In this document: piece after piece, positions 22,271-31,962 of the stretch
Numbering within the stretch: the stretch's first letter is position 1
How the letters are laid out: each line of letters starts with the position of its first letter
Assembly (NCBI GenBank): GCA_963699155.1
Contig: OY969414.1
Span: forward strand, 1,227,757-1,291,756
Direction of reading: 5' to 3'
Length of the DNA: 64,000 nt
DNA from: an uncultured Chlamydiales bacterium
GTDB lineage: Bacteria > Chlamydiota > Chlamydiia > Chlamydiales > JAAKFR01
The notes under the pieces: model-generated
The model's input: the letters and a program-made list of their open reading frames with translations, nothing else
What the model was told of the DNA's origin: nothing
Databases searched by the model: none
Translations under genes and position numbers: made by a program

Positions 22271-24577
22271 TCAATGTTTGTAGGTCTCGACCCGTTTAAG
22301 CCAGCCTGAGAGCCATTTGCCTTCTTGGTCGGGGTTGGGGGAGTTTTGGACGCGGAGGATGAGGAGCTCCTTGGCCGATTCGGCGAAATCGTAGACGATG
22401 TGAGGGGATTTGGGTGAGACGCGCTGCAGGACCTGGAGGAGGCCCCACCCTTGGCCATTATAGCGCTCCTTGGGAGAGGTGCCAGCGCCTTTGAAGTTGA
22501 GATAATCGACGAGGGCGTAGAGGCCATTGGAAGTGTTGGCCAGCTTGTAAAAGACGCGGATGGCATTTTCGCGCTCTGCATTGGGGAGATAGATCACAAT
22601 TTCTGGAAGTCTTCTTTCAAAGCGCTTGGCGAGGAAAATAGCCTGAAATTTTCTTGTGTCGACAAGGAATTGGCGCAAAGATTTCATCTGCGGGCTATTG
22701 ATGTTGTGATAGAACTCCTCACGAGAATTCCAGGGACAGGCTTCTGCCTCGCGCAGCCACTCGGGAATGGGTAGGTTAAGTTCCATCAGATAGTGGAGAA
22801 ATTCGGGAAATATCTCTTCGAAAGGACCTCTATAATTGGCGGGATACCAGATAAAATGGCCAATCCCAAAAGAGCCGAAATTTTCGCCTTTGTTCCAGTG
22901 AATGAGGTAGTCGATACTCCCGCCGCATTCGTTATACCAGATTTTGTCTGCAATCTTAATGGCATCTCTTTCATTGATGGTGAAGGAAAAGCCATCACCC
23001 CTCTTTTTGATGGTTTCTAGGGCAGATAAGAGGGAGGGGGGTGTTGGACTATAGGTGGCCAGAATTAAATCAGCACCGGGAAAGAGCGTCACATCGATCG
23101 GATCGCGTGCCGCGATGAGAATGACCGGTTTTCCCATTTCGATTAACTGCTGTAAAAATGCTTCTTGCTCAGGTTGATTCCAAGCATTAGAGCTGAAGAG
23201 GCAGAGAATATCGGCCTTGCTGGCCTCTTCGATCAATGGGGATGAAGGGTGCTTCTTTGAAAAAAAGATAATCGAGCTCTCTTTGCCGAAGGGTATAGAG
23301 AGTTGCCGTAGATGCGGCTCTAGACTGTCTGGAGCAAAGATTGCGACCGATCGTTGGCTGAGTGAGGGAATAAAAAAGAACTCATGTTTAATGGTGCGAA
23401 TCGCCTCTGCAGCAATTTTTTTTGCCAGTTGCTCATGGTTCGCTTTATTGAAAGAAGGGGCTTCTGACCTATCTAAGGAGCGCTCTTTTAACTGAATCAG
23501 CCTCGAAACAGATTCCTCGATCCTTTTTTCAGAAAGGCGTCCGCTTTTCACAGCATCCACGATGGCCAGATGGATGCGCTGCACATCATGAGGGGATAGC
23601 TCTTTTGAAAGATCTGCTCCAATCAATTGTTTCCCTCCCAAAAGAAGAAGATTACTACCTGCAGCAATGGCTTGGATCGCTGCTTCTTCAATCGAGCTGC
23701 AGCATTTCAGAAGTCCCTCCATCACCAAGGAGTCGGCGATGATGATTCCTGGAAAGCCGATCTCTTCTCTCAAATAAGAAAGAATTTTTGGCGAGAGTGT
23801 GGCGCATTTTTCTGAATCGAGTGCAGGAACAAGAATATGACCTGTCAAAATCGTATCGCACTCGGAGGCAAGCTGGGCGAAGGGAAGAAGTTCCCTTACT
23901 TTCAGCTCCTCCAAGGGCTTCTTCACAGTCGGCAAATCGAAGTGCGAATCGACCCCGACATCACCATGACCGGGAAAATGTTTGAGTGAGCTCACGATTC
24001 CCGCTTGTCTGTAACCCTCTAGAGTCGGTTTGGCAAACCGAATGACCGTTTCAGGATCTTCGCCAAATGAGCGGATCCCGATGACAGGGTTGCGAGGGTT
24101 GGAATTGACATCGACGACAGGGGAGAGATTCAGATTGACACCCACAGCTTTCAACTCGGAGCCCATGGCAAGAGCACTTTCTTCAGCCCACTCTGGTTTG
24201 CCAGCCATAGCAAGAGCGCGATTACCTGGGAAGAGAGTAAAGCCCTCCGTCAAACGGGTAACCTGGCCTCCTTCCTGATCGACAACGATCCAGAGGGGGA
24301 TAGGAAGGCGGTTTTCGCACGCGATCGCTTGCAGACCATCGCTGAGGAGACGCACTTGGTGCGGTGACTTAAGCCCATTCGCCCAATTATAGTAGATGAT
24401 CCCTCCGATATGGACCTCTCGGATCAGAAAATGGGCATCCTGATTGGCCTCTTCACCATAGAAGTGAGCCACAAGAAGTTGTCCCACTTTCTCTTCAAGG
24501 GTCATTTGATCGATCGTAGATGAACCAAAACAGGGAAAGAGTGCTAAAATAGCGGCAAACGCAAAAAATGGTCGCAT
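22271..24577 (-). CDS. nagZ: GH3 beta-N-acetylhexosaminidase fused to an extra ~230-aa C-terminal domain
   Basis: Signal peptide, VDQEGGQV, IRSFGEDP, KHFPGHGDVGVDSH, IIADSLVM. Confidence 0.88.
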   Translation of the reverse strand: MRPFFAFAAILALFPCFGSSTIDQMTLEEKVGQLLVAHFYGEEANQDAHFLIREVHIGGIIYYNWANGLKSPHQVRLLSDGLQAIACENRLPIPLWIVVDQEGGQVTRLTEGFTLFPGNRALAMAGKPEWAEESALAMGSELKAVGVNLNLSPVVDVNSNPRNPVIGIRSFGEDPETVIRFAKPTLEGYRQAGIVSSLKHFPGHGDVGVDSHFDLPTVKKPLEELKVRELLPFAQLASECDTILTGHILVPALDSEKCATLSPKILSYLREEIGFPGIIIADSLVMEGLLKCCSSIEEAAIQAIAAGSNLLLLGGKQLIGADLSKELSPHDVQRIHLAIVDAVKSGRLSEKRIEESVSRLIQLKERSLDRSEAPSFNKANHEQLAKKIAAEAIRTIKHEFFFIPSLSQRSVAIFAPDSLEPHLRQLSIPFGKESSIIFFSKKHPSSPLIEEASKADILCLFSSNAWNQPEQEAFLQQLIEMGKPVILIAARDPIDVTLFPGADLILATYSPTPPSLLSALETIKKRGDGFSFTINERDAIKIADKIWYNECGGSIDYLIHWNKGENFGSFGIGHFIWYPANYRGPFEEIFPEFLHYLMELNLPIPEWLREAEACPWNSREEFYHNINSPQMKSLRQFLVDTRKFQAIFLAKRFERRLPEIVIYLPNAERENAIRVFYKLANTSNGLYALVDYLNFKGAGTSPKERYNGQGWGLLQVLQRVSPKSPHIVYDFAESAKELLILRVQNSPNPDQEGKWLSGWLKRVETYKH

Positions 24578-24601
24578 GGTCAGAGCAGTATAGACTAACT
24601 G

Positions 24602-25582
24602 CTACTTTCTCGTCAGATTATTGCTCTTAGTACGTTCAAGAACCAGCTTTTCCAATTTGATCGTGTCAGCGGCAAATTTGCGGATCCCCTCAGAGAGCTT
24701 CTCAATAGCCATCGCATTGTCGCCCAAGTAATAGCGGAAAGTTGGCTCGTCCACTTTAAATTTGTCGATAGGCAGATCATGAGCTTTTTGAGGATCCAAT
24801 TTACGAGGAAGATTTCCTTCCGTTTTACTGAGCACTTCTAAGAATTTCGGCGCAATGGTCAATAAATCGCATCCGGCCAATTCCAAGATTTCATCGACAT
24901 TGCGGAAAGAGGCGCCCATCACCTGTGTTTTAAGGTCATACTTTTTGTAATAGTTATAAATTTGGGTGACAGAAACGACTCCAGGATCTTTTTCAGGGGG
25001 ATAGGAGTCGACCTTTTCATGAGCTGTGTACCAATCGAGGATGCGTCCAACAAATGGTGAGACGAGGGTCGCTTTCGATTGGGCACAGGCGATCGCTTGT
25101 ACCAAGCTGAACATCAAGGTCATGTTACAGTGAATCCCCTCTTTTTCCAAAATTTTGGCAGCTTGGACACCTTCCCAGGTGGAGGCCAGTTTAATCAAAA
25201 CACGACTCCGATCGATACCAGCCGCCTCATAAAGCCCGATCAGCGTGGTCGCTTTGTGGATACTGGCTTCGACATCATAAGAGAGGCGGGCATCCACCTC
25301 GGTAGAAACTCTCCCAGGAACATATTTCAAAATCTCGATCCCAAAATTGACGAAGAGTTTATCGAGGATGTGGTGCAGCATCTGCTGCTCGTGAGAGGTC
25401 TTATGCGTTCCCCAATGGATGGCATCATCGATCAGATATTGGTACTGTTCCTCTTGCGCAGCTTGAAAAATCAGCGAGGGGTTGGTCGTTGCATCTGTCG
25501 GCCCATATTTCTTGATACTGTTGATATCTCCAGTATCGACTACAACGGTCGTTATCTGTTTCAGTTGATCAAGTTTATTCAT
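24602..25582 (-). CDS. tal: Transaldolase
   Basis: VVVDTGD, DATTNPSLI, GRVSTEVDARLS, LIKLASTWEG, SPFVGRILDW. Confidence 0.97.
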   Translation of the reverse strand: MNKLDQLKQITTVVVDTGDINSIKKYGPTDATTNPSLIFQAAQEEQYQYLIDDAIHWGTHKTSHEQQMLHHILDKLFVNFGIEILKYVPGRVSTEVDARLSYDVEASIHKATTLIGLYEAAGIDRSRVLIKLASTWEGVQAAKILEKEGIHCNMTLMFSLVQAIACAQSKATLVSPFVGRILDWYTAHEKVDSYPPEKDPGVVSVTQIYNYYKKYDLKTQVMGASFRNVDEILELAGCDLLTIAPKFLEVLSKTEGNLPRKLDPQKAHDLPIDKFKVDEPTFRYYLGDNAMAIEKLSEGIRKFAADTIKLEKLVLERTKSNNLTRK

Positions 25583-25688
25583 TTTTCAACCCTTTTCTAA
25601 AAATATATAATATAAGCCATTGCTTTTTATTTATTTTTACCATATAACTATATTTTAGACAATCATTATAAAGATCAAGGAGGATTTT

Positions 25689-26141
25689 ATGGGGTCTCTC
25701 ATCCCACGATGGCAAACCAAATTTCCCACTCCATCACGAAGAGTCAGTGATCTATTTAATCTCGGACAGTTTTTCGAAAATTTTGAGCGCGAGCTCGAAA
25801 TCATGGGGACAACTTACTCTGGTTTAAGTATTTCTAGTGATGATGTCTCTGTTTTTGTCGATGCGCATGTCCCTGGACTCACTGCTAAAGATATCGAGGT
25901 GGCGATTGACGGAAACAACTGCTTGTGGATCAAAGGGGAAAAGAAAAGCGAAGAGAAAGATAAAAAGAAAAAGTACTATCGTCAATCTCAGGTTTCCTTT
26001 TCTTATTGCCTTCCTCTATTGGAAGAAATTGACCAAACGATAGAGCCAGAAGCTACCTGTAAAGATGGTGTGATGCACATCGTCTTTGCCAAAAAGAAAG
26101 AGAAGCAGACAGAAGCTAAAAAGATTAAGGTGAAAGAATAA
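25689..26141 (+). CDS. Small heat shock protein Hsp20/alpha-crystallin family
   Basis: VDAHVPGLTAKDIEV, LWIKGEKK, ATCKDGVMHIVF. Confidence 0.88.
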   Translation: MGSLIPRWQTKFPTPSRRVSDLFNLGQFFENFERELEIMGTTYSGLSISSDDVSVFVDAHVPGLTAKDIEVAIDGNNCLWIKGEKKSEEKDKKKKYYRQSQVSFSYCLPLLEEIDQTIEPEATCKDGVMHIVFAKKKEKQTEAKKIKVKE

Positions 26142-26204
26142 TTCTCAAGTCCAGCGGTTCTCTCTGAGATGCCGCAAAAAATTGGAAATTGTGCAAGAAA
26201 GCGA

Positions 26205-26786
26205 CTATTTTTTAGTCGCTTTCTCCTTTTTGGCGATCTTGTAGCCTTTGCTTTTTTTCGTCACTTGGGCCGATTCTTCGCGGCCTCCAACCTTGCCTTT
26301 GGAGAGAATGGCGATCCATTCTTGTCGCTCCCCTTCGGTGATCGCTGCTTTCTTGACATAGGCAATGCGGTGTAAGCCACTTTTCGTCAAAATCATACGG
26401 ACTACTTCATGCTCTCCTGTTGGGAAGGAGCGTTCATAGAGAAGATCTTGTGGACTTTGCCAATGAACCTTCAGGGCGCTGATTTTACTTTTGAGGATCT
26501 CATCCTTCATCATCTCTTCCGCACTCTCTTTCGTCAAGACCTCACTATGGGTAAAATGGACGTCGATCAACTGGGTCCACTTTTTCTCATCTTCCCCTTC
26601 TAAAAAGTACCGTGTGACAGAAACACCCTTCTCTTCATGACCGTTTTGTGAACCCCTTTTCCACTTCGCCTTCTCTTCAGCTGGCAGGTTGAAATAGACG
26701 GTTTCATCAAACCGATACTTGGCCTCCAGCCCAAATGGTAGTAACAATAAGGTTAACAAAAGGAAAGGAAACCACTTTTTCATCAA
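26205..26786 (-). CDS. Exported hypothetical protein with a Lys-rich C-terminal tail
   Basis: Signal peptide MKKWFPFLLLTLLLLPFGLEA; 193 aa. Confidence 0.7.
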   Translation of the reverse strand: MMKKWFPFLLLTLLLLPFGLEAKYRFDETVYFNLPAEEKAKWKRGSQNGHEEKGVSVTRYFLEGEDEKKWTQLIDVHFTHSEVLTKESAEEMMKDEILKSKISALKVHWQSPQDLLYERSFPTGEHEVVRMILTKSGLHRIAYVKKAAITEGERQEWIAILSKGKVGGREESAQVTKKSKGYKIAKKEKATKK

Positions 26787-26860
26787 TCACCCCCTGAATA
26801 AAGAAATATTATAATCAATTTATAAATTAAAGGCAAAGTTTCGATGGGCACTTTCGGCAG

Positions 26861-27373
26861 AAAACTGGGGGTTTGCCACAGTGGGGCGAAGAGCGCGGGC
26901 TGGACGAAAACTGGGGGTTTGCCACAGTGGGGCGAAGAGCGCGGGCTGGACGAGAACTGGGGGTTTGCCACAGTGGGGCGAAGAGCGCGGGCTGGACGAA
27001 AACTGGGGGTTTGCCACAGTGGGGCGAAGAGCGCGGGCTGGACGAAAACTGGGGGTTTGCCACAGTGGGGCGAAGAGCGCGGGCTGGACGAGAACTGGGG
27101 GTTTGCCACAGTGGGGCGAAGAGCGCCGGCCGGACGAAAACTGGGGGCTTACCACAGTGGAGCGAAGAGCGCGGGCTGGACGAGAACTGGGGGTTTGCCA
27201 CAGTGGAGCGAAGAGCGCGGGCTGGACGAGAACTGGGGGTTTGCCACAGTGGAGCGAAGAGCGCGGGCTGGACGAGAACTGGGGGCTTACCACAGTGGAG
27301 CGAAGAGCGCGGGCTGGACGAGAACTGGGGGTTTGCCACAGTGGGGCGAAGAGCGCCGGCCGGACGAAAACTG
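26861..27373. repeat. Tandem array of 11 x 46-bp units
   Basis: A(A/G)AACTGGGGGTTTGCCACAGTGG(G/A)GCGAAGAGCGCGGGCTGGACG every 46 bp from 26861 to 27366, plus a 7-bp partial copy; no spacers. Confidence 0.95.
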
Positions 27374-27578
27374 CTTGGCATGAGAAGGGATGATCTGCTA
27401 CAGTGCCTTTCGACCTCTTGCGTAACCTCCTATAGGCAGCAGAAGGGGTCTTTTCGTTTATCTTTTTTTCCTCCCCTTTTCGCCTACTCGATTTGAGTAT
27501 GTCGAAAAGGGGAGGAAAAAAATCTAAACAAAAATTCCTCCTTCTTCTGCCGATAGGAGGTTATGCAAGAGGTCTACA

Positions 27579-27959
27579 ATGCAGATCGGCCATAAACTTC
27601 AGTTTCATTGCCAGGAGTGTGACAACCCGATTCTCTTCTCCGTCCTCGACAAGGAGAATTTCAAAAAAATTGTTTGCTGCGACTCCTGTAAAAAGAAGTA
27701 TGCCTTTCAGGATGAGACCCTCCTCAGACACCTCACCCAGTTTGAAGCCCTCTGCCACCAGATCTACGCCTCCGAAGAGATTCTGGGAAGCACCGCCATC
27801 GCCATCGACGTCGGCACCCACCATGTCGAGGTCCCCTTCAATATCCTTCTCACTCGCCTCAGCTCCGTCATCGAGCTCAACATTAACGGCAAGAAGTCGG
27901 TCATCTACTTCCGCGTCGAACCCCTCAAAGATATCCCCGCAGTCAAATCCGCCAACTAA
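27579..27959 (+). CDS. Cys-rich metal-binding protein (CT312-like predicted ferredoxin/Zn ribbon)
   Basis: CQEC...CCDSC motifs; conserved chlamydial position between tal and the V-ATPase operon. Confidence 0.7.
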   Translation: MQIGHKLQFHCQECDNPILFSVLDKENFKKIVCCDSCKKKYAFQDETLLRHLTQFEALCHQIYASEEILGSTAIAIDVGTHHVEVPFNILLTRLSSVIELNINGKKSVIYFRVEPLKDIPAVKSAN

Positions 27960-27969
27960 CCTATTTTCG

Positions 27970-28095
27970 TGCATCTGCCCATACCGGTGCCCATGCCCGC
28001 CCGTACCCGTTTCTGAAAAAAAATCGGGCACAGGCACAGGCATGGGAACGGGCACGCTCACGGGCACGAAAAAAGATTTACGCTCACGGGCACGA
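27970..28095. repeat. Inverted arrays of degenerate hexamers (CCCGTG / CACGGG type) between convergent genes
   Basis: ...GTGCCCATGCCCGCCCGTACCCG... opposite ...CGGGCACAGGCACAGGCATGGGAACGGGCACG...; ACGCTCACGGGCACGAA occurs twice. Confidence 0.7.
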
Positions 28096-28512
28096 AGGAA
28101 GATTTAATGAAGGGATTCTTGTTGAAAAGTTGTCGATAGAGGCGATGACCTCTTTTTCTTCGTCGAGTGCTTTGATCAGAATGGCTGTGATGGCGTCGGG
28201 GAGCTGGAGCTTTTGGTTGCCCTCGAGGAGATGGCCTTTAAAGTAGATGGGCTTCTGGTCGATCCAGAGAATCCCTTCATTGGAGTTGATTTGGCGGGAA
28301 TAGACGTTGAGGAGAGCGACAGTTTGATCTTCCAGATGAATCAATTGGACCCCTAGGCCTGAAAAGGTATTTTCGGGAAGCAGGGAGTATTGGGAAGATT
28401 GAAAGTGGGGGGAGTTGGACGCCATCTCTTGATAGCGCCACACTGAGGGGGCTGAACAGCTTGTTGCGAGTGCCAGAAGTAGGAAGAAGTTAACGACGTT
28501 GGAGATGGCCAT
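28084..28512 (-). CDS. Hypothetical lipoprotein
   Basis: Lipobox-like FFLLLALATSC after the ATG at 28512. Confidence 0.65.
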   Translation of the reverse strand: MAISNVVNFFLLLALATSCSAPSVWRYQEMASNSPHFQSSQYSLLPENTFSGLGVQLIHLEDQTVALLNVYSRQINSNEGILWIDQKPIYFKGHLLEGNQKLQLPDAITAILIKALDEEKEVIASIDNFSTRIPSLNLPSCP

Positions 28513-28891
28513 TATTGGAACTGACGATGATGGCGCCAGCGGTGGCAAGGCCGGCTAGGATGAGGCCGATCCACCAGAGGCTGATACCGCAATTAGTAGC
28601 GCAGACGACAGCGGGTTCGCAGGCGGCTGTCGCAGCTTCTTCTTCCTCAGCCTCTTCGGCTGTAACCGCTGCGGGTGCTGGTTCCGCCACTAAAACCCCG
28701 CCTTCCCCATCTTCTGCGACTGCTTCAGCAGCAACTCCCTCTTCGAGACCAGCACATTGGCAGGGGGAGCAGTGGCAATTTGGACAGTAACCATGGTTAA
28801 AGTTCTGATAGTCGACAAAGGTATCACCGGCGCGCAGGCAGCCCGTCGATGCGAGGAAGATGCAGAGGAAAGTGAGAAGGTATTTGAGCAT
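28490..28891 (-). CDS. Cys-rich exported protein with a C-terminal hydrophobic segment
   Basis: Signal peptide, [26 protein letters not shown], acidic Ala/Glu linker, CxxxCGxS, hydrophobic tail. Confidence 0.75.
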   Translation of the reverse strand: MLKYLLTFLCIFLASTGCLRAGDTFVDYQNFNHGYCPNCHCSPCQCAGLEEGVAAEAVAEDGEGGVLVAEPAPAAVTAEEAEEEEAATAACEPAVVCATNCGISLWWIGLILAGLATAGAIIVSSNNGHLQRR

Positions 28892-28895
28892 ACGA

Positions 28896-29825
28896 TTAAT
28901 GGTTGGTGTTAGAGCCGTTACCAGAAATTAAAATGATGGCAGCAGCTGCGGCTACTCCCACAACAGCGATCGCAATGGCGCAATAGGAAACGCCACAGTC
29001 AACTCCGCAAAGGGGTGCGCAAGGATCACAGGGAGCGCAAGGCCCGCAAGGAGGGCAGGGAGGAGGTCCTAAGGGAGCAGATCCAGGAGAGGGTCCACCT
29101 GCACAAGACCTGTTAGGTGGGCCTTGGGTAGGTGTGGGTGCATAGGTATTGGTGACATTGGTGCGCACAGGGCTCGTCTGATCAGAGGCTTCGGCGGATT
29201 GATCACCGTTGTTGGGCTGGCCAGGATAAGGTTGTCCGCCATTATAAGGTTGGTTTGGATCAGGCTGTCCGCCATTGTAGGGCTGGCCTGGAGGGGGCTG
29301 ACCACCGTTGTAGGGTTGGTTTGGATTGGGTTGTCCGCCGTTATAGGGTTGCCCAGGATAAGGCTGTCCACCATTGTAGGGTTGGTTTGGATAAGGTTGT
29401 CCGCCATCGTAGGGCTGGCCTGGAGGAGGTTGATTGCCGTTATAGGGTTGCCCAGGATAAGGCTGTCCACCATAGGGTTGGTTTGGATAAGGTTGTCCGC
29501 CATCGTAGGGCTGGCCTGGAGGAGGTTGATTGCCGTTATAGGGTTGCCCAGGATAAGGCTGTCCACCATAGGGTTGGTTTGGATAAGGTTGCCCACCATC
29601 GTAGGGCTGGCCTGGATAGGGCTGTTGAGGAGCTGGGTAGCCTTGGGGGGCTTGCGCACCATTGGGGTTGGGCTGGCCTTGATTGCATACGCAAGGGTAG
29701 GAGTTACAATAGGGGCAATATCCATGGTTGAAGTTTTGGTAATCGACGAAAGTGTCACCAGCTCCAGAAAGGACGGCACTGCATGCGAAGCAAAAAGCAG
29801 TTAATAGAGAAACGACGATCTTCAT
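28896..29825 (-). CDS. Cys-rich exported protein with GQPY low-complexity repeats (paralog of 28490-28891)
   Basis: Same N-terminal motif and C-terminal architecture; ~140-aa G/Q/P/Y/N repeat tract. Confidence 0.8.
   Translation of the reverse strand: MKIVVSLLTAFCFACSAVLSGAGDTFVDYQNFNHGYCPYCNSYPCVCNQGQPNPNGAQAPQGYPAPQQPYPGQPYDGGQPYPNQPYGGQPYPGQPYNGNQPPPGQPYDGGQPYPNQPYGGQPYPGQPYNGNQPPPGQPYDGGQPYPNQPYNGGQPYPGQPYNGGQPNPNQPYNGGQPPPGQPYNGGQPDPNQPYNGGQPYPGQPNNGDQSAEASDQTSPVRTNVTNTYAPTPTQGPPNRSCAGGPSPGSAPLGPPPCPPCGPCAPCDPCAPLCGVDCGVSYCAIAIAVVGVAAAAAIILISGNGSNTNH
29205..29624 (-). repeat. Coding tandem repeat (~33-bp unit, 96-bp higher-order unit)
   Basis: [15 protein letters not shown] units; the 32-aa block [32 protein letters not shown] is duplicated exactly. 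Confidence 0.85.
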
Positions 29826-29876
29826 AAGCGAGTTCCTGTTCCCAAGTTATTGAAGAGAATCTGCATAGCAAATCAT

Positions 29877-30413
29877 TCATTTTGGGGGCAAGCTGAAAGA
29901 TTGGATCGCTTTGAAGATCTGTGAGGAGAATGCGCTAAATTCCTGTTTGAGGCAGGTTGCCGTGACGACGTAAGCTTCACCATCTTGAAGCAGCATCGCT
30001 TGCACGAAGCGGATATCGCCCCACTGAGAAGGGCGGTCAATTTGGAGCATTTCTGCTGATCCTGCCGCAGTGGCCATGTTTCCCAAGAGTGCACAACGAG
30101 TGCCAGCGCGTCCTTCATGATAGCTCTTTGCTTGAGCTACATAGTCCTTGAGTGAGAGCTGAGTTGATTCAGAGGCAATGTTGATGGAGGGAGTAAATTG
30201 GCTATTTCCATGACCCGTTCCGACGAAGATCGCCTTCACTTTTTGGGGGAGCTGCTTCTCATCAACGATACATTCCCACCCTTTTGGAGGTGAAGCGAGG
30301 TAAGAGTGACATTCTCTCCCTTGAGTTGGTGAAGCTTGGTAAGGAATATGGCCCGCCGCGCCTAGGGTCAATCCACCCAATAACAAGAGAAGAAAAATGG
30401 ATCGTAAAAACAT
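29877..30413 (-). CDS. Conserved chlamydial exported protein (CT311-like)
   Basis: Signal peptide; PPKGWE, FTPSINIASE, YVVTATC; divergent from atpE as in other Chlamydiae. Confidence 0.65.
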   Translation of the reverse strand: MFLRSIFLLLLLGGLTLGAAGHIPYQASPTQGRECHSYLASPPKGWECIVDEKQLPQKVKAIFVGTGHGNSQFTPSINIASESTQLSLKDYVAQAKSYHEGRAGTRCALLGNMATAAGSAEMLQIDRPSQWGDIRFVQAMLLQDGEAYVVTATCLKQEFSAFSSQIFKAIQSFSLPPK

Positions 30414-30528
30414 GCGAAACCTCTTGAATTTTAAAGCCAACAATGCACAATTTTTCTCAATTCTTTAATTCAAAGTCTGAATTTGGGATAAGGCGCTATA
30501 ACACACAACACTCTAGAGGCCCAGGATA

Positions 30529-31155
30529 ATGGAGAATTTAGAAACTGGCAAAGACAAAATCAAAAAGATCTGCGAGATTCTAAAAGAGGAAACGCTCCAG
30601 CCTGCGAAGGAAGAGGCCCAAAAAATTATAGAGATGGCCGAGCAAGAGGCGCGTAATCTCATTCGTGAAGCGGAAGTCAAAGCCGAAGAGGTGGCTCATC
30701 AAAGCAAAACCCGTCTTGCCAAGGAGAGGGAGCTCTTCGACGCCTCCCTCAAGCAAGCAGCGAGACAGGGGATCGAAACACTCCGCCAAGAGATCGAAAA
30801 TCGGCTGTTTAATAGCGCCCTTTTAGATTGGTTAGGTCAGCAGTCGCCTGATCCGAAGCTGCTGGCCAAATTGATCGATGCGATCGTCAAGGCAATTGAA
30901 AAAGAGGGAACCAGCGCCGATTTCTCTGCATTGATCCCCCCCCAAATCCCCTCAGAAAAGGTGAATGCCCTCTTGGTGAAAGATGTTATAGAAAAATTGA
31001 GAGAGAAGTCGGTCGTTGTGGGCAATCAGGCGGCGGGGATTGAGCTCAAGCTCCATGATCGTAAATTGACTCTAGACCTCAGCGATGAGGCATTAAAAGA
31101 GCTGATCGGACAATATGTCCGAAAAGATTTTCGTGAGCTCCTGTTTCAAGCATAA
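30529..31155 (+). CDS. atpE: V-type ATP synthase subunit E
   Basis: DKIKKICEILKEETLQPAKEEA coiled coil; first gene of the V-ATPase operon. Confidence 0.88.
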   Translation: MENLETGKDKIKKICEILKEETLQPAKEEAQKIIEMAEQEARNLIREAEVKAEEVAHQSKTRLAKERELFDASLKQAARQGIETLRQEIENRLFNSALLDWLGQQSPDPKLLAKLIDAIVKAIEKEGTSADFSALIPPQIPSEKVNALLVKDVIEKLREKSVVVGNQAAGIELKLHDRKLTLDLSDEALKELIGQYVRKDFRELLFQA

Positions 31156-31167
31156 GGGGAATTTGGG

Positions 31168-31962
31168 GTGAAGGCCTACTATTTTCTAACCGGTCTACTT
31201 CCACCACTTGAAATTGGACATGTCCCAACACTTGGGTATGTCGAACTTAAACAATTGATGGAGACCGACCTCAGCAATGACGATAAACAGCTAGTTCGTG
31301 AATTTCTCAGGCAGATCGACTTTGAGAATCTGAGAGCTCTTTGGGCGGGAGAACCTTTAGACTATCGGGGAAACTTATCGCGTGAGCAACTCGAGCAGGT
31401 GATGCATGAGTATCGCTGGCCGTCGCAGATTTCCATCCCTTACTATCTCGTCGATAATCTAGAGAAATATCGAACAACTGAAGAACGCCTTCGCCATTTT
31501 TCACTGCTCATGTCGCAATTTTATCGGTACCAGATCGACCACCATACCGGTTTTATCAGCGACTACTATGCCTTTCAGCGAGACCTCAGACTAGTGATGT
31601 TGGGATTTCGGGCCAAAATGATGGGTCGAGATCTCGCTGCCGAACTCCAGTATGAAGATGCCACTGACCCCATCGTTGCTCAAATTTTGGCCCAAAAAGA
31701 TTCCAAAACGTTTGAACCTCCCTTTGAATATAAGGAGCTCAAACCGATCTTTGAGCAGTATGGGGATCAGCCCTTAGAACTGAATAAGGCCCTTTTTGAA
31801 TATCAGTTCAACCACATTATCGAATTGTGGGGAGGGGAGCCATTTAACATTGACCGTATCCTCAATTATTTAGCACGCTTAATTCTGGTCGAGCGTTGGC
31901 TAGAATTTGATGTGCAAAAAGGGATCCAAATCGTTGACCGCATTGAAAAGGAAATCGCATGA
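31168..31962 (+). CDS. DUF2764 family protein (V-ATPase subunit C-like)
   Basis: YYFLTGLLPPL, FNIDRILNY; located between atpE and atpA. Confidence 0.8.
   Translation: MKAYYFLTGLLPPLEIGHVPTLGYVELKQLMETDLSNDDKQLVREFLRQIDFENLRALWAGEPLDYRGNLSREQLEQVMHEYRWPSQISIPYYLVDNLEKYRTTEERLRHFSLLMSQFYRYQIDHHTGFISDYYAFQRDLRLVMLGFRAKMMGRDLAAELQYEDATDPIVAQILAQKDSKTFEPPFEYKELKPIFEQYGDQPLELNKALFEYQFNHIIELWGGEPFNIDRILNYLARLILVERWLEFDVQKGIQIVDRIEKEIA

Noticed and set aside
26861..27373. CRISPR array
   Set aside because: Units are contiguous with no unique spacers, and there are no cas genes in the window.
26783..27496. Six overlapping repetitive ORFs across the 46-bp array
   Set aside because: They arise because the unit has almost no stop codons; the period is not a multiple of 3 and ORFs occur in all frames on both strands.
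29069..29804. Alternative-frame and antisense ORFs over the GQPY gene
   Set aside because: Shadows of the coding repeat; only 28896-29825 has a signal peptide and homology to the neighbouring paralog.
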